From Phoronis australis (lineage: Eukaryota > Animalia > Phoronida), in contig NMRA01000163.1 in the NCBI GenBank assembly GCA_002633005.1, forward strand, positions 559,961-623,960: a DNA stretch of 64,000 nt. The letters run 5' to 3'. A model generated the notes under the pieces. That model did no database searches. It was not told where the DNA came from and saw nothing but the letters and a program-made list of their open reading frames with translations. Made by a program: the position numbers and the translations under genes. Every line of letters starts with the position of its first letter. The stretch's first letter is position 1. This document shows, piece after piece, positions 1 through 13,100 of this stretch.

Positions 1-691
1 TGGCAGTGAGGAACAACAAACTGTCAGTTCTATGCAAGAACAAAAATCTCATTGTCCTAGTGAGGAACAAGTTAAGAAGGGTTTGTTGTCATTTTAATCA
101 ATAACAAAGACAATGTTTTAGGAAAAAAAACATCAAAGGAAACGGTAATTACTGGAAGGTGATGCTCTTTCCTTCACTTCATACAAAAGTTTTTCTTGTA
201 TATGGACCTGAATGTGAAGAGCTAAAACAACTCATAGATAAACAGGGTGTGCCTTTGTAGTGAACGGAAATGCCAATAACTTGGTAATTATATGTCGGTC
301 AATAATCAATTTTTGTCCTCGTAACTCTGATCAAGCAATTAGGGTTGGAGCTACACTTACAATTTTTTACTTGTGGCTGAAAGACCATTGAAAAAACGTT
401 AACTTTACTTAACCATGAACTATTAATGATTTACATTCCCCTACAGCAGACTATAATTAAGACGGCAATAACGGTGTGACAAAAATGCATCAGACATTGG
501 ATGGATCTCTACCATCAAGGGAAGCAAGATATAGACTGAGTCACAATTTTAATTTGATGGTTAATAGCATTATCAATTGAATTCTAGTTCCAACAGTACA
601 CGCCTTTTTATAAACCGAGACTTACGCGATGGTCAACTTGAAGGTGGTGCAATCGACTTGAAGGTCATGTGAGACTGTAATTAACTGAGTA

Positions 692-1157
692 TTAAGGCAC
701 ATATAGATCTACAAAAAGTAGATTTTGAGTTTAAAATACTTTATGAAAATGGAAAGCCAGTAGAATTTGATTTCTGACTTCTAACCAACCCATCTTGTTT
801 GATTGGTCACATGACCATGACTTTTTAATGAAATACGCAAAAACGAAGACTCATTGACAGCAAAATGACAGGTGAATATTTCATAAAATTTTATTTGATT
901 AATTAAGATCTCAAAACGTTGTTACAGATTTTTAAAATATCATTTCATTTTCGTTTTATGCAACTTTAGAATTAATCAGGATTACTTTTTCATAGTCCGT
1001 GGTGCTAAAGTGTCCAGAACATTTAAAAACAAATCCTACCAGTGTTTTTAGAAAATTCAATGCACCTTGTGTAACATATGTGAAAGTTTCATATGAATTT
1101 GATGATGTTCCGATTTAGCCAAATGTGGAAATTTTTTAAGGTCCTAAGTAACCTTAA
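692..1157. mobile_element. Probable TTAA-flanked MITE
   Basis: Begins TTAAGG and ends CCTTAA, with degenerate inverted termini. Confidence 0.35.
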
Positions 1158-1304
1158 TCATGGTCTTTTAAAGCTCAGCCATAAAGGCAGGGTATATTAC
1201 AATGTTATCAGCCATGTATAAACACACTAGCTGTGATTACCATAATCAATGGTGATATAACTACCTTGATGGTCATTAAATAGTAGGGCAGAATAAGCAA
1301 TAAG

Positions 1305-2024
1305 TTAAGAAACATGTCTTACCGCAAGTGGTGCAGTTTGTGGCCTTTTTCGTTGATACTCGGTAAAAGTCTTGTCCGTTGGGAAGCCAGCCAAAACTGC
1401 CGCCGATGTAGGACGGAAGTTACAACAAAGGTTTGATGGATTTTCATCGCCACACCGACCACATATTTTACGTGGACGAAACGCTAGAAGTGGCTCATGG
1501 ATGTGGTTATTGTCATGGCAACGAGCATGGCGGTCCATGAAATGCAGATCAGGGTGTGGCGGAGGGCGTATGTAGTACATCCGTTCTCTTTTTCGTTCAT
1601 GACTTTGATAGCAGTCGGCTTGAGAATAACTTGTGTTAAAAGTCCGCGTACTGAAGTTACTGGTGCGACTTGCGGCACTTTTAATTCGCCGCCTTGCATT
1701 TGCAATTCGAATCGAATTAGCTGTCGGAGGCTGACTGCTTCCACCATGAGAACGATGGTGTGTCTTTTCTTTTGCACTTTTCGGTCGAGCCGACGTCAGA
1801 ATGTTACGAGATCTAGACAATCCGGCACTTTTAGCGCGTGAAGCACGTGACCAGTTTTGAACGTCTTCATTTGCCTCTTCATCAGAGCTTGAAAAATCTA
1901 CTTCTGGGCATAATATGAAACTGTCCTCTACGTCAATTTTTTCACGACTGTAAATTCCAGTGGCACTACAACTGGCCACTTTGTTATAACCTTTTGCCAA
2001 CCAAGGAATTCCAGGATGCAGCAT
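1305..2024 (-). CDS. Uncharacterised 239-aa basic, Ser/Arg-rich protein with one coding exon (probable 5' UTR intron 2029-2389)
   Basis: Longest ORF in the window, in AT-rich DNA. On the - strand the ATG is preceded by an acceptor (tttcag|tacaATG), with a matching donor gtgagt at 2389-2384. Repeated RPKSA/RPTSA/RPQTA motifs. Confidence 0.7.
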   Translation of the reverse strand: MLHPGIPWLAKGYNKVASCSATGIYSREKIDVEDSFILCPEVDFSSSDEEANEDVQNWSRASRAKSAGLSRSRNILTSARPKSAKEKTHHRSHGGSSQPPTANSIRIANARRRIKSAASRTSNFSTRTFNTSYSQADCYQSHERKRERMYYIRPPPHPDLHFMDRHARCHDNNHIHEPLLAFRPRKICGRCGDENPSNLCCNFRPTSAAVLAGFPTDKTFTEYQRKRPQTAPLAVRHVS

Positions 2025-2539
2025 TGTACTGAAATACTTAAGCTTTGGTTCTCGAAATGTCAGCTTGCCACTGTCAACTTAATGCTAGTCATTTTCAATC
2101 AATTCTGTTGAGCGCGCCAACGTAACAAAATTAGGAGTCTGGTTTGCGAAAACAGGCCTGCGCACACTTTGATATGCTTCTTTCTTCTCAGCTTCCGTGA
2201 CCGATTAATAACATGCCGCTGATAAGAACGCAACTTTTAAATATTTCCCCGGTATTGCATTGTAGCACATCGATGAAGGAATGATGGGTCTTACTAGTAG
2301 CACAACACACGCTAAGATGATCTGAGTGATTATATCCTCGAATGATGGCTAAGGCAAAGCAGTTAGCCAGTGAATTGAATGTCACTCACAGGACTGAAAA
2401 TTCGGCGTTGGTGTGCCTTATTACCAAGAAAAACAGGCTGCTATGGTCAGTAGACACTGAAGACTAACTTGAAAAACAAATTTGGAATATTCCGCACTAT
2501 TCTCTTTGAACTTTTCTCCTCTGTCCCACGGCGCTTCGA

Positions 2540-2620
2540 CGTCGACCTTGCCATCCATTTATGACCTGTCACGTGACCTGTCTTGTTGCCATAATAATTT
2601 TGTAACACGAAATGTTCAAA
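2540..2620. promoter_or_regulatory. Candidate bidirectional promoter core: palindromic E-box GTCACGTGAC (2568-2577) and RFX X-box half site GTTGCCAT (2585-2592)
   Basis: Lies between divergent splice donors at 2389 (-) and 2987 (+); locally richer in CpG. Confidence 0.45.
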
Positions 2621-3779
2621 TCGGAACAAGCCTTAAACCATCGCATTGCCCGGTCTAGCTTGACACTTTATTTGATATTATTATGTTTTGTATTTTATTT
2701 TTTTGCCTTAAGACATTCATGCCAATATATTAAATACTTTTTAGTGAAGGAAATGACCAGCAATATCAAAATATGTACAAAATTAGTTAGACTCGATATC
2801 GAGGCAGGACTTTAAATGCGTCATCTTTACTGAGTGCAACAGTACGATTTCTACAACAACAACATGGAGTTACAGTCAAGTCCTTGCGAGTGAATGGAAA
2901 AATGCGGGACCGTTTTAGACTAGATATCCATGTACTTATGAAACCTGATTTCCAAATTACGTGAGGTTTGAGCTGACCAGGAGAAAGTGAGTGTATGCGT
3001 GTGCGTATTTGATTTCATGCTTTTCTCACAGCTCGGCTCTAAGACTAAGGCTTACCAGCCATGTCATGTGAACATGTTTGGATTTAACCGGCTATCTAGT
3101 TGACTGACACTTGTGCCTTAAATCGTGATCTGGGCACTGAGAAGGACCCTGATAATTGATTAGTACTATTTGATGCTTTGCTGATATTAGTTTATGTCGC
3201 AGACTTGATTTTGAAACTTCACTTGGGCAATGCTTATCAATATCAATGTGCTTCGTGACTTTCTCGGCTGGATATCCATCCGTGGATTTTGTGCTGTCTA
3301 GGCACTGATGACTGATCTGGTCATGTACTTGATATAGCCTTTACCTCTCAATGTATTATGTCTGAAAATGGTGCTGCGGCAAAAAATTGCAGGAATCTTC
3401 GAGACAATACAATTGACAATGTACTAGTTCTTAGTATGGATCTGCATAATATGTATGGTTGACGTACTGTCATCTATACTTTGCGCAGATACACACATTA
3501 CGCAGAACTATGCAGCAAGCGATAGCTGAGGTCACCAAAAACAAGCGAACCTCATACAAGGGGATTTGAAACTCCTGACCCTTACAATACATTCAGCAGT
3601 GAATAGCTGGCAAGTAGGTGAAAAACCGGCATATCTAGTATATTTTTACTGGAAGATGTTTTTTGTCAAACAGAAGTTGGGGCAAACGATTTTTTTGTCA
3701 AATGAAAGTTGAGATTTTTTATGCTCTGCGATAATCAGTTTCTCTCCCTTAAGGTCCAATATCCTGGGCAGGATCACCC

Positions 3780-4620
3780 TAAGACAGACAGAAGTTGGCG
3801 ATTGGCACATTGTTATCTTTGCCGTGTATGGTGACACATGACTTTGAGTGTGACATAGTCATATAAATTAAGCCTCTCGAAGTGGCTTGCATTTGCTTCT
3901 TGGCGCTCATGTGGGAAACTCCCCCATTGCAAATCTCGGTGTCGGAAGAATTTTCTACCTTGAATAAGTGAAACCCACAAAACCTCTGAGATATAGATAG
4001 TTGTTCTGAGTAGCAGATGGAGAGAGTGCTGGTGGTGGTAGATCCAGAACACAAGGATAGCGTTTACCCAGGGCAAATTCTAGGGTGCTAGGGTGTTGCT
4101 GTTATCTGCAGCCAGGAGGCACACTTGTCCCATGGAAGGTGGAGGAGTGGTTATTTCCAGGTGTGATGTAGAGCCATATAAAGCGTTTCTAAATTGCTTG
4201 CCAAATAACTGTTGCCTTTTGGCTGAATGGTTTGGATGCACACGGGAAATCCCAGTTCAAGTCCCAGTGTTTTCCTACCTCTGGGATAGTCTGGGCAACT
4301 TAACTGCCAACATATAGTGATGGCAGCTACGGCCCATGGAGCTGGTAATAACTTATGAGTGAAAATATTTTACTCCCTTGGTAAACATCCTCTTTAAATG
4401 AGATATGGATGAGGAGAGATTTCTCCAAGGTCACCTAGTGAGCCCAACTGCATGGTTATCCACATTCCATTCTCCTAAGTGGGCTGGTCATAGAAGGAGT
4501 TACTCCAGTAGGTCAGTAGTGATGGTGTTTACTGTTTCTGGTCAGATCATATCTAAACAGAAGGCTTCAAAGCATCTGGCCAGGCTGTACATCCCATTTT
4601 CTTTTTGGGACATGAAACTG
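3780..4620 (-). mobile_element. Possible decayed DIRS/Ngaro-type retroelement fragment
   Basis: Broken - strand peptides VDNHAV, MLAVKLPRL and FCGF occur in the order expected for the RNase H (DN.AVV, AD.LSR) and tyrosine recombinase (F.GFLR) motifs. Heavily decayed. Confidence 0.25.
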
Positions 4621-5319
4621 ATGGATAACCATAAAATCTGATAAGAGGAGTAAAACTAGACTATGTGGGTTTTTGAATTTTCAAAATCTGTCATGTAATA
4701 GTGATTTTGTCAACCCAAGCCTTGAGCTATGATCATTGAAGTGTAGTTCCCAGTATGGCACATAAGCTAATAATACTGCATCACTAACTCACAATGGAAC
4801 CTGGACCTGAAAGAATGTGTATAACCAGTTGTGATGATGGAATGATTAAACGACACCTATCAGGATAATCCACTGGTGTGGTATTTTCAAATGAGAAAGT
4901 CATAGTCATAAACTTGATGGTATTTTTGGCTTATTTGAGGCTGACTATGTAGTATGCAGCTGTCTGTAACAAGGCTACTTTGTACCAACGCTTCTATCCA
5001 TAGTTGCAGTCTGAATCGTATCAGCTTTTAACTGTCAGTTTGTTGTTGTGAAATGTACATCTTGGGGTGGTTTCTTAATTTCTTTGACATATCCGCCCAA
5101 AATTGCTTGTAACATGCTGCCTGATGCATTTGGCTATGACTGCTGGAAGATATTTGAATTTTTGGGCGTTGCGAATTCAGACAAAGTCATTGCAAAATAA
5201 TTTTACCGAATTATGCAGTGCACCAAGCTATGTCCTTGCCAATGTTTTGCATTGTTCTATTAGTTTGTAAGTACTGTTTGTGCACTGACGAAGACAAATA
5301 TGACTTCCACAGACAAAAA

Positions 5320-5451
5320 ATGGCTGACGAGCCTGTGACAGCGATGGAACAGCCATCCACTGTTAATGCAACACCGTCTGGCACTGAGGTAAAGAAGAAA
5401 AAGAAGGGCAAAGGCAAAAAAGTGAAAATGACCAAGGCAGAGAAACTACTG
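5320..5451 (+). CDS. EF-hand gene coding exon 1
   Basis: ccacag|acaaaaaATG; MADEPV...KKKKKGKGKK...KLL|gtaagt. Confidence 0.8.
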
Positions 5452-8400
5452 GTAAGTGGTAATTTGAACTGTTTGCCCAAATTGACATTTTTCCATTTTC
5501 CAGAGCATTTTAACACTGCTGTGAATGGTTCGTAATGTTTTCAGATAACAGCTATGTCACAGAAATGGCTCATTAATTTGGTGTACTTTGCATGTCTTTC
5601 ATGAAACAATGAGAAAATAGGAAATTCATTACTCTGCCTTTCATGATCTAATTTTTTTATACATTTATTGACAATGAGAAAAACATTACAATACCACAAA
5701 AAGACAAAGAACACCACAGACACGCACACACACACACACATGCGCATACCCCATAACTAATCCTCTTGACTGCTGAGAAAACCCATTTCAAAGTTACACC
5801 ATCTTTTTTGTATAAATTCTAAATTCAAATCCTTACGAGCATTATACTTTTCACTAATATAATATTTTTTGATGAAGTTAAAAAATCTACTTGGAAGTAA
5901 TCTTTTTGATCCAAACTTTTAGATATAAATAAACTGTGTACCCAATAATAAAACAATGTTTTTAAAATTTTCTTTTTTATCAAAAACCCCAAAAATAACG
6001 TTGTTGCAGGAGAGAGTGCCGACACACTGAGGATTTGCTTTGTTTAGAATTTCATTATTAACTCTTGTCCAAAATGAATTTACTGTTTCACATTCCCAAA
6101 ATAAGTGTTTCAAAGTCTCTTTCAATTGTCCACAAAAGGAGCAAGAGTCGTCATCCATAACTTGAATTATTTAAAAAAAAAGAGTTAGTAGTCAAAATTC
6201 TCATCAAGAGTCTGAACTGAAGCCACCTAATTCTTGGGTCTCTTGTTGTGTCTCTTCATGATCTAAATTGATGAGAATTAACCTATGAAGATATTTTTAA
6301 GTGTACAAGGCTTAAATTATACTGACTTTTAATGTCACTAATCAAAATGACCTCTGTGTGCAAATATGTGACCAGCCACTGAAATCATTGCCACATGGCA
6401 TATGGTGGCTGACAGGCACGTGTGCATTTAAAACAACCCAATGTGTACATGTAACTATAGTCATCCTCTCTGAAAGTACATGACTTTTGTATTCTGGTTT
6501 GTGTGACTGTAAGGTATTGTGAGGTAACAACTGACTCGACGATACTGTACGTTTCCTGTGTCAGCATACAGCACACTTTACAATTTTAAAAGATTCTCCT
6601 AATTCAAAGTTAAGAAATTAAATGACAAAATTGTCATTTCTTGTTTTTTCAAGCAGTCATGTGCCATGAGATGCTAAAACAAATCCGTCTTTTCATTTGA
6701 TCTTTTTGCCTGTTGTGAAAAGTCGTTCTAAATTGACTGAAGAAACATTTCTCTAAGCTGTTGATTGCTTGGGTAGATTAGAAACTGTCATGATATTCCA
6801 ATGACTTCTGTCAATTTGCTTGCAGTCAGATAGTTTTATTAATGTAATGTCTTCATTCTTGTGAAAGAACTCGAGACTGATGTGAAGTGATGCAATGGGC
6901 ATGTTTTAGTCCAATGTCATTTTGACGTTTTCAGCCTGTCAAATCATAGTAGAATAACAAATTTAAAATAATAGTAAGAATATTTTACATAGTGCTTTAA
7001 ATAGCATTTTGAAAATTGTTATCGGGCCATAGACCTGGTAATTCTTTTGAACTCCCTGGAGGAGCATACGGAGGGTGCAACCATTGTTGGCACACATTCA
7101 CTTATTTAAACACAGTTTTGTAAAAACTTCAAGTAAAAATGTTTCTTTAATCTGTGGTTACTGTGAATCGGAAAATATCGAAAACTCATGAAATTTTTTA
7201 AATGTGATATGAATTTACTTTCCATTCTTGCTTGCTGGTTCGAATTGTGTCAAAGAAGTAACAGATACACCATTGCTAAACATCTTCATGTGGTCTTTCT
7301 TTCTGCAGGCAAAGCTAGAAAAAGGCACAGAGTTATATAGGAAATCTGGAGGGAACTATATATACTTCCTTGACAGAATGAATCAGTGGATCACAAAATT
7401 TGCCTCTCCAGCCATGGAACTCTTCAGGAAGTTTGATGGGGATGGTGACGGTTATTTAAGTTATGAAGATTTCAAGTCATGTACGTTCATGGACTACATT
7501 GTTGTGGGGTGTGGGTGACTTGATATGCTCTAGGTGGTGCTTTTTGGAGCTGGAAATAGATTGAGAAATTCAATGGAAAAATAGCTGCTGCCTTACTTGA
7601 AGACATGTGTAGCTTAAATCTAAATGTGATTGCCTGAATGCATGCATTTTTAGATAACATAGTTGTGTCACTTGTTTTTATTCTTCATTAGTCTTTTTGT
7701 TTGAGGAATAACTTGCTCTAGACACCCTTGGCGCAGCAAGTATGCATACTCACTTCATGCGAAGCCATCATAGTAACTACATGGCACAGCTTACCCACAT
7801 GCTTTGATGCCCTGCACTCAGCCCTTTAGCCAAGGCTAGTTTAGTGTGGTCAGCTGACATGTTACATCAATAAAATATATACTTTGGCCACATGATGCTG
7901 ATAGAGAATCATGTGCAGCTACCTGTAGTGTAAAAACAACAGTTGAACATAGCGCTTCATAAAAATTGTTTGGTTTTATTTTTGTTTACTTTTCCCTTGA
8001 GCTGAAATTTTGCTAATTTTCATTTTTGTGTCAATATATCTGCCAACAGAGATCCTTCTTTTTTGTCATTCTTTATATGAGAAACCAGACACACAGTATT
8101 GTTTGTTGTAATGTTTAACAGCTGTATATTTTAACAGGCCTATTTGATCTGAATGCTCCGTGCAATGCTGTAGAGCTCCACCTACTTGCAAAAACATTCG
8201 ATAAGGACAACACTGGCGACATTGAGTATGAAATATTTCAAGATGGCCTCGGCTTTGCCAAAATGGCCGCTCAGTCTGGCAGAGTAGATGAGGATATGGA
8301 AGAGGAGGAGAGAGCCCAGCGTACACTGATAAGCCGTGGTGAAACTCCTAAGGATTTGGCCCACTGCCCTTGTTGTGCACTAGGCTTGCATTCATTCTCT

Positions 8401-10143
8401 TTAGAAAAATATCCAAGGTTTGTACTCGGGCTTTATTAATTATTGATTGTTTCAACAATGAATCTGAACATTATGTGCACCATCATGGACATTTGTCTGA
8501 TTTTTCAATGTAAATTGTAGTATTTTTAGGCCCTTGCACCTCTATGTGAAGAGTACAGGTTTATAATGCAAAATTAAATGCATGCACTTGCATGAATGAT
8601 CAACAAAGGTGAGCAAAAACTAATGCCCCCATCACACCCCAGGCACAGTGCCACCACGGTTTTTAGTCAAAACCGCCATCACCGAAGTGACACCGCCAGA
8701 AGTGTTTCATAGTTTTCCCGTACCTGTCACACATGTGGTTTTCTTCATGCCATGGGATCGCTGTAGGTTCGCCAGTCTACGTTTTCAGCAATTGCACAGC
8801 AGTTGTACTGCAGAAGCATGGCAGTGAAGGAAGTGCTTCCGCGGTTCTTGTATGGTGCAACAGCGGTCATGACAATGTCACGGCGATCCCACTGAGGATT
8901 GACCCAACCCGTGGTGGCACTGAGGAAATTTTGAACATATTCAAAGTTTCCGTCGTTCCATCGCGATGGTCCGTGGTTTTGACAGTTTTGCGCTGCTATG
9001 GTGATCAATGGCGGAAGCACTGCAGTTTATGTAGTACAAGCACTACAGTAGCATCGCACCTCCGGTGTGACAGGGGTATTAGAACCACTTTTGGGCCTGA
9101 GTGAGGTTTGACCATCAAAATTTTAAAACAGCAGATTTCATGAGCTCTAATTACCATGTTCCTCAGATTGGGCAAAATACGCAATCATGGAAATCACCAA
9201 ATTTACGACATACGTGTACATGTACCCATATGTAAGGAATAGCAGTCTGTGCATATGGAATCTACGAGCAAAATGTTTTGATAAAAAACTTTATTCTGAA
9301 TATAATGCATTAGCCTGAAAAATGATGCACCTAACACTGTATACTGTTGTCATAAATTTCTGTGTTAAAATGTTTAGATTGTCTAAACTAGTTCCATTGT
9401 CCACTGATGGAGTTGGTGACAACTGATGGGAATTGGTGTCTGAATTTGATCTCACCCTATGTTATGAAAACTAGATTTACTTGACTTTTTATTACTACCT
9501 AATGTTGATTAAGTGTTTGATCAATTATGACGAACATTTAGGGCGTTGTGTGAAACAGAGGCATAATTTGCATGCTGTAAAGATATTGTTAGCCAATTGA
9601 ATAATTGAATCTAGGTAAGGCCTGTTCATCACAGAATATTATAAAAATCATTTTAAATTTTAAGACTGAAGTTACAAACTCATTAAATTCACCCGGTTTT
9701 AAGATAACCTCATTTTTGTTGAATGCATTATGCCTGCTAGAGTCATCGTTTTGAATCGGCTATTTGCTTTGAGCCATCACATTTGGTCCTCGCTTATGTT
9801 TTGCAGGTATGTCCAACTGTTGATGACACTGGTGACATTTGACAATAAACCGCACCACGGACATTTCACCAAACTGGTCCACGCGCACATGAGAGTCTTT
9901 AACGTAATTGAACTTATTAAGGAAGAGACAGGAATACAGTCGACTAAACTAGCAGTGTTCACGGATAAATCTCGAGAGGACAGTGCTAGTTTGCCTCCTG
10001 ACAATACTTTAGAAGAGTGTGGCATAGAAGGAGGACCTTATGAGTGCCCACAAGATGTACAGCTGTACTACGATTACACCACAGAGTTTAATGACTGTCC
10101 TATACTTATGTGCGACCATTACTTTGGACAAAAGAAAAAATAA
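5320..10143 (+). CDS. EF-hand pair plus probable ubiquitin-like domain protein, 306 aa (coding exons 5320-5451, 7309-7480, 8138-8417, 9807-10143)
   Basis: All junctions are GT-AG with consistent phases (0,1,2), giving a 921-nt open frame. EF-hand loops DGDGDGYLSYEDF and DKDNTGDIEYEIF; Lys-rich N-terminus; AATAAA at 10529. Candidate 5' UTR donor gtgagt at 2987, acceptor at 5311-5312. Confidence 0.85.
5652..6254 (-). mobile_element. 5'-truncated L1/Tx1-like LINE
   Basis: ORF2 C-terminal zinc motif CSFC..ETLKHLFWEC..V..FW. AATAAA and a short A tail at the 3' end, (CA)n in the 3' UTR, 12-bp target-site duplication TTCATGATCTAA at 5640-5651 and 6255-6266. Confidence 0.85.
7309..7480 (+). CDS. EF-hand gene coding exon 2 (EF-hand 1)
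   Basis: ttctgcag|AKLEKG...FRKFDGDGDGYLSYEDFKS|gtacgt. Confidence 0.85.
8138..8417 (+). CDS. EF-hand gene coding exon 3 (EF-hand 2)
   Basis: ttaacag|..LFDLNAPC...FDKDNTGDIEYEIF...HCPCCALG...YP|gtttgt; not shown in the ORF track. Confidence 0.85.
8621..9081. mobile_element. MITE / non-autonomous DNA transposon in EF-hand gene intron
   Basis: TIRs TAATGCCCCCATCACACC and GGTGTGACAGGGGTATTA; GC-richer, partly palindromic interior. Confidence 0.7.
9807..10143 (+). CDS. EF-hand gene terminal coding exon (ubiquitin-like region)
   Basis: ttttgcag|..YVQLLMTL...TLEECGIEGG...LYYDY...DCPILMCDHYFGQKKK*. Confidence 0.85.
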
Positions 10144-13100
10144 ATCTGTGCATAGTAATTTGCTCCGCATGCAAACCGTCGTGAAAGCTTTGTTGTTGGC
10201 CTTATCTATTACAACAACTGTATTTAGGAAGAAAATAACAAAAGTGTTCATCTTAGACTCAGATTTTAATAAATTTGACTTTAACTTAATGTTCCAATAA
10301 CTCCGTAACACTGAGTTATTCACACTTTACAGTAGTTTTAAACTTTGACTAAGACATAACTATGTCTTAGCTGCAATCATAATTGGAAAATTCAATTCTT
10401 GTCAACTTTTTAAACTTTTGTTTTCTGTTTTCTGTTCTTTTTTTCCTCTTTTTCTTATGTCTGAACTTTTAACTTTGTTTATGAATACTTTATCTTGTTG
10501 TGCTATATTATTGTGTTTTTAAAGTTGCAATAAAACCCAAATAAATGTATTTTTATATCAGTAATAGTCCTAGTTTTGTTGATTTGTGCATTCCTGGAAT
10601 TTATTGTCAAAATGTCAAAATTTGGTTAAGCTCGAAAGATTATATCTGAGCAAGTTGTAATCCTACTCTCATAAAACTTTCAGATAATACATTAATATGC
10701 CAATGTTCTTCAAATCATTTTTAACATGTTTTTCTCTTGTATCCATGTAATAAAAGATTGTGATTTTTCAGATTTTAATTAAGACCTACCAAGTTGCATT
10801 AAGTATAAAAGAAAAAATCACTTTAAAAATAAGAAGGCTTGTTTACAAATTCATCTAAAATATTTGTGTCAACAGATTGGTTACTGACTTGATCAACTGA
10901 ATCGTTAGGAAACTAGCGGTTCAGTGGTATCTTGTAGTTCCATGTTTCTCTACATCAACCGGTATCTCTGTCCGTCCTTGATATCAAGAAATTTGATCTA
11001 AGTTCTTATTGCGTTTAAAGCATTTATCGCATTTGCGATGTCTTCACGGCAATACGGTATGACTGAAATAGATGGCAAGGACAGAAGTGTTTGGCTTCTG
11101 AAATTGAATTCTTTGTGAATAGTTTGTGCGGATTCCATCTTTCGCGGAAGAAATATGATAGCAATTGGCCAAAACGCTGTCACGGTCTTTTATTTGTTAT
11201 CAGTAGTTGTGGGTCAAATGTGTGTCTACATTAATGAATTCATTTAGCGTAGTAGATATGTGATTGGCGTTTACGTCGTGACGTCGGACACTAGACTGAG
11301 CCTGGCGATTAACAAGAGAAAGATTGATATCAAGTCTCTGATAACTGATGTTGTCTTGAATACGGATTAAACAGTAGTTTTGCCTCGAACTTTTACCTTG
11401 TTTTTGCTAAATTTTCTGACATGGTTGTATGAAAAACAATAAAGTCTTGGTAAGTTCCCAGTCCGACTTGGTAGAAAACACTCCGAGCAGTCTGATCATC
11501 TTCCGCAGTCAATGGGGGTGCAACGACAATTGAGAGAGAGACTGGTGAAACGGACAATGTACAGCTCAGGTGTGCCTCAGGGTGACCCGAATAGTTTCTA
11601 AATTACTCGAAAAATAAATATGCTTTGCTTTTTGTCCTTATTTTCAAGAATTTGAGGAAACAATAGACGCAATTCATTATTACATAAGTATGTCATGGAA
11701 ATTTCCTGGAAATTCGATACGTATCTCGATCGGGCCATCCTATGTTAAGATGACTGATATATAACTGTTACAAGAGCTGTCAAAATACATAAAATGATTT
11801 TCGTTATAAACCCGTCTTCCGTGACAAGAACCGATTTCGATTTCACGTACCTCTGTGAAATCGCAGGCATTCAATTGTTCTCTTGATCAACACAGGTGCG
11901 ATTTTTGAACTAGCATGGAATATAGGAAGCGTTCCTATCAGTGACTGACAGGTTGTTTGTCGAGACAGGCCGGGGCTCTGCGTACAAGTTTATTTGTCTA
12001 ATTAGTCTCGAGTGCTCAACGAATTGTCAGTTCTTAGCATGAAACCCAGCTGAAATCACTTCTCATTTGATGTAGAAAATAAATCTCAAACTAAAAGAGG
12101 CGATCCAGATCCTCTTGAGGTTGGGCGAAATGTAGAATATATAAATAGGTAAATAAAACAACAATAACGGATCAACTGAAAGTTTCGGATATATAAGAAC
12201 ATCATTTGTCAACAGAAACAGAAATAAAGTAAAATCAAACAAGATGTGACAAATGACATCTGATATTTTGGCGTAATGAACATGATAGATTAATTTTTGC
12301 GGGAAAAGTAATGGATATGATTTAAGAAGTCTTTATGTTTAATCCATTGGGTCAAGTGTGTTAAGCTTATCTATCCAAAATTGTTCTCTTTTGAGTCTAT
12401 GAGGGATACTGGGGTATTGGTATTTTTCTATTATTTGTACTGAAAGATCTTGTAGATTATGGTTTTGGAATTGAAATGATTACCTATAGTATCAGAACGT
12501 AGGTTTATTGTCAGTATGAGTGTAGGTTCACGGTTTATGGAATATGATGGAAATATCGGAAATTTTCAAAGGACTGAATTTCTGTGGAGCCCCTTTCAGT
12601 GGGTCAAATTGGGCAGCCAGGACGTGAATGCGAAATATTTTAGTAATTTTGTGCATTAGTGTGGTCCACCAAGGGACATTAGAGTTACTTTCCACCTAAT
12701 ATAATTACAAAGCAAACAAAACCATCGAACAATGAGTGAAACATTTACGCCATCCCAAAACATATAATTCAGGCAAGTAAGAGGCACATGCTAAAGAGGC
12801 CTGGAACGCGAAGAAATAGGCTAAGTTGCATTATTCAAAGTTGTTCTCTGCCACTGAAAAAATTCAACCAGTTCATCAGGTAACATTGAAGACATTAAGT
12901 AGTACTCCAGCAATTGTGTAAGTCGTAGCTGTTTAAAATTAGTTGAAAAAGGCATCGTGAAGAAATTCACATGGCACTGGTTGAGATCAGTTTTATTATG
13001 AGAGTGTTTAGAGCCTTAAAAGGTTCCTTCATGGAAGAGGCGGTTTCGTCACGATTTTAATTGATACTCGTCGTTGAATTGGTAAACATTGAGTTACAAA

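Noticed and set aside
1372-1841. ORFs 1372-1575, 1497-1841 (+) and 1484-1777 (-)
   Set aside because: Shadow frames of the 239-aa ORF
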